Shown piece by piece: positions 62,101 through 64,000 of a DNA stretch of 64,000 nt. Location: contig OZ316898.1 of NCBI GenBank assembly GCA_973895155.1, positions 560,751-624,750 on the forward strand. The letters are read 5' to 3'. Below the pieces are notes generated by a model. The model was given only the letters and a program-made list of their open reading frames with translations, made no database searches and was not told where the DNA came from. A program made the translations under genes and the position numbers. This DNA comes from Marsupella aquatica (taxonomy: Eukaryota; Plantae; Marchantiophyta). Each line of letters begins with the position of its first letter. Position 1 is the first letter of the stretch.

Positions 62101-64000
62101 ACTTCTCCTTCACCCACAAAAATCTCCCCACCAACTTCACAGATATGGTCGTTTTTCCGTCCACAAAACCCAAGGAGGGTATCATGTTTGCAAGCCATCT
62201 GCAAACACATGGCAGATGAGCCAAGTGTAAGGCCATGATGTCTATGTAACTCTTTAGCATAGACATGAAAGTGAGTACAAGATGCAGTTTTACAAGTCAT
62301 GGCACTAGTAGTACCTGACTGTTCGCTTGACACAAGTCTCATCCTCTGCTAAATAGCACGGAATAGGCCCTGATATGTTAAGACGAGTTTTGATTTGCGA
62401 GTAAACCTCTGCAATAAACACAAATTGCTCTGCATGGATCCCTGCTCTGAACACTTGCATTCCTCTCCTGTCTCGTTGAAGGGTGTTTAAACTCGGCCCA
62501 ATTATGTTGCTTGCCAAACAATCAACAACTCGCCTGCCCCCATGTAGGAACAATGTTTGACAAAGAAGCTTTGTTCCTGCCTTATACCTGTATCCCTCTT
62601 TTGTAGTATTGAGGTTTGAAGCTATATCCGACAGCATATCCCAAAGAGCACCTCTCCCACCAAACGCTCTTGTTCTGTGAGCCAAAACTATGGATTGGCA
62701 TAGCTTAACCACCGACACCTTGTTTGGTCCGGGCTCATAGTCCAAGCAAACCTCTTTGATGCTTGGGACTCGGGACTTCAACATTAGGAGTTTATGACTT
62801 AAATATCTGGTCAGCCGACGCTCTCTGATAATGGAATTTCTGTAAATTTTGGCCTGCCTCTGAATCTCTGGACAAGTCAGGTAATCTAAGCGCCTACCAT
62901 TGCCAGTGGTCCTTTCCCCTCTTTTCTCAAGGGCCCTATCTTCTCTGAGTACCCTCAACCGAAAGTCATCTAGTGTTTTTATGGAAAAACACTTGGAACA
63001 TGTCAAGTCTTCAAACCCTCCCCCTAGTTCGGACACTCTCCTACATTCCCTATGTCTAAATAGACCAGCGATGTAATAGGTTTGTTCACAAGTTAAAGAC
63101 CAAACCTCTTCCCTGACCAGGGGCTCTGCATACCAGACACCACCCATTTTAAGCTGGTCGCTTAAGACTCCCTTGATAGGCCTGGATTCTGAACCATACT
63201 GTACCTCATCCCGCCAAAGACCCCAACACAACAACGACAAGTTATCAAATGTACCTCTCTCATTATCGGCTGTGGACACCCGAGATGAACTAGTGGAAGC
63301 ACCTCCAGCCGATTTCTTAGTCAAGAACCCTTGGATTGTCCTCTGTTTGACATCCCTCCCATCCACACTACGGGGTCGTCCTGGGCCCCCAGTCCTGACA
63401 GGCTCATTGCGAGCCGGTCTCTGAGATCTGGCCACATAATCAAGGTGGATGAGGCCAGTACAATGGGCTATCAGGTTGGCTTCAAGGTTCCATTGTTTTG
63501 GAATCAATGTTAAGTGGTGCAGACAGAAATTGCAGAAGAGTTTAAGTGTGTGTAGCTCCACTGGCTCCTTATGCACATCACCCTTAACTACAAATGTGGT
63601 ACGACCAACAGTCTGTGATTCGTTGACCTTTTCTACAATCCGCATATGTAGCTCTAGTATGCCTCTATCACTTAGGGTATTAGCTGAAGCCCTCCTCGCA
63701 ATCTCTTGGGCCTCAACTCTCTCACCCCTATTTGATGCCACACGACCTGCATGCTTCAGAGAACGCAGGTGCAAGTTTTTGAAATTGGTGAATGTATTAT
63801 TGATAGATGATCGATCCATCAATACACCTTTGGCTACTGCTTCAAAATGCCTATCACACTTGCAACACTCAATATGCCCCCATGGCAAATTATCCTTGTC
63901 CCAGGTCTTCACTCTCCACTTGTGGTCCCCATATTTAAAGTCCTCCATGTGAATCTTCAACTTATCAACAGACTGGGACCACACTCTCTTTAGATCATTG
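59131..64000 (-). pseudogene. P-element/THAP9-like DDE transposase gene, intron-containing and decayed; 5' end beyond the window
   Basis: Motifs in order: GPSLNTLQR; LAEDET (D1, about 62340); HASDGD (D2, about 61870); DQDYIHNGKKLVNPL; DRQNWTSAQRF; GSDACEQFFSKVGG (E, about 61130). Predicted introns 62314-62199 and 59729-59632; one frameshift near 62188; in-frame stops at 61428, 60624, 59748, 59596. Confidence 0.7.

Noticed and set aside
1-64000. CRISPR arrays, rRNA, tRNA or conserved plant miRNA sequences
   Set aside because: None seen by eye; tandem repeats here are 2-3-copy duplications without spacers. tRNAscan or Infernal would be needed to exclude RNA genes formally.

Overview
Eukaryotic nuclear DNA from a land plant, possibly a bryophyte (inferred from gene content, intron style and TE types; not proven). 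Four intron-containing host genes can be reconstructed by hand from GT-AG sites: a D27-LIKE1-type carotenoid isomerase (+, 3636-6830), APC/C subunit APC15 (-, 7990-9421), a Tubby-like F-box protein (+, 22297-24609) and a very large VIT1/CCC1-family MEB-like membrane protein (-, 39134-48466, about 1980 aa) whose N-terminal arm carries about 12 Cys/aromatic repeat modules on symmetric phase-1 exons. Intergenic space is TE-rich: a young full-length but lesioned Ty1/copia element (29272-35995, TSD TGGAT), an older related copia fragment, a solo LTR, a Tourist-like MITE, a PIF/Harbinger Myb/SANT relic and a long-arm inverted-repeat element. The most unusual item is at the right end (59131 to >64000, -): an intron-containing, decayed DDE transposase gene whose motifs match the P-element/THAP9 superfamily in order, but with C2H2 fingers and an AT-hook and no THAP domain visible within the window. 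All family calls come from remembered motifs, not database searches.
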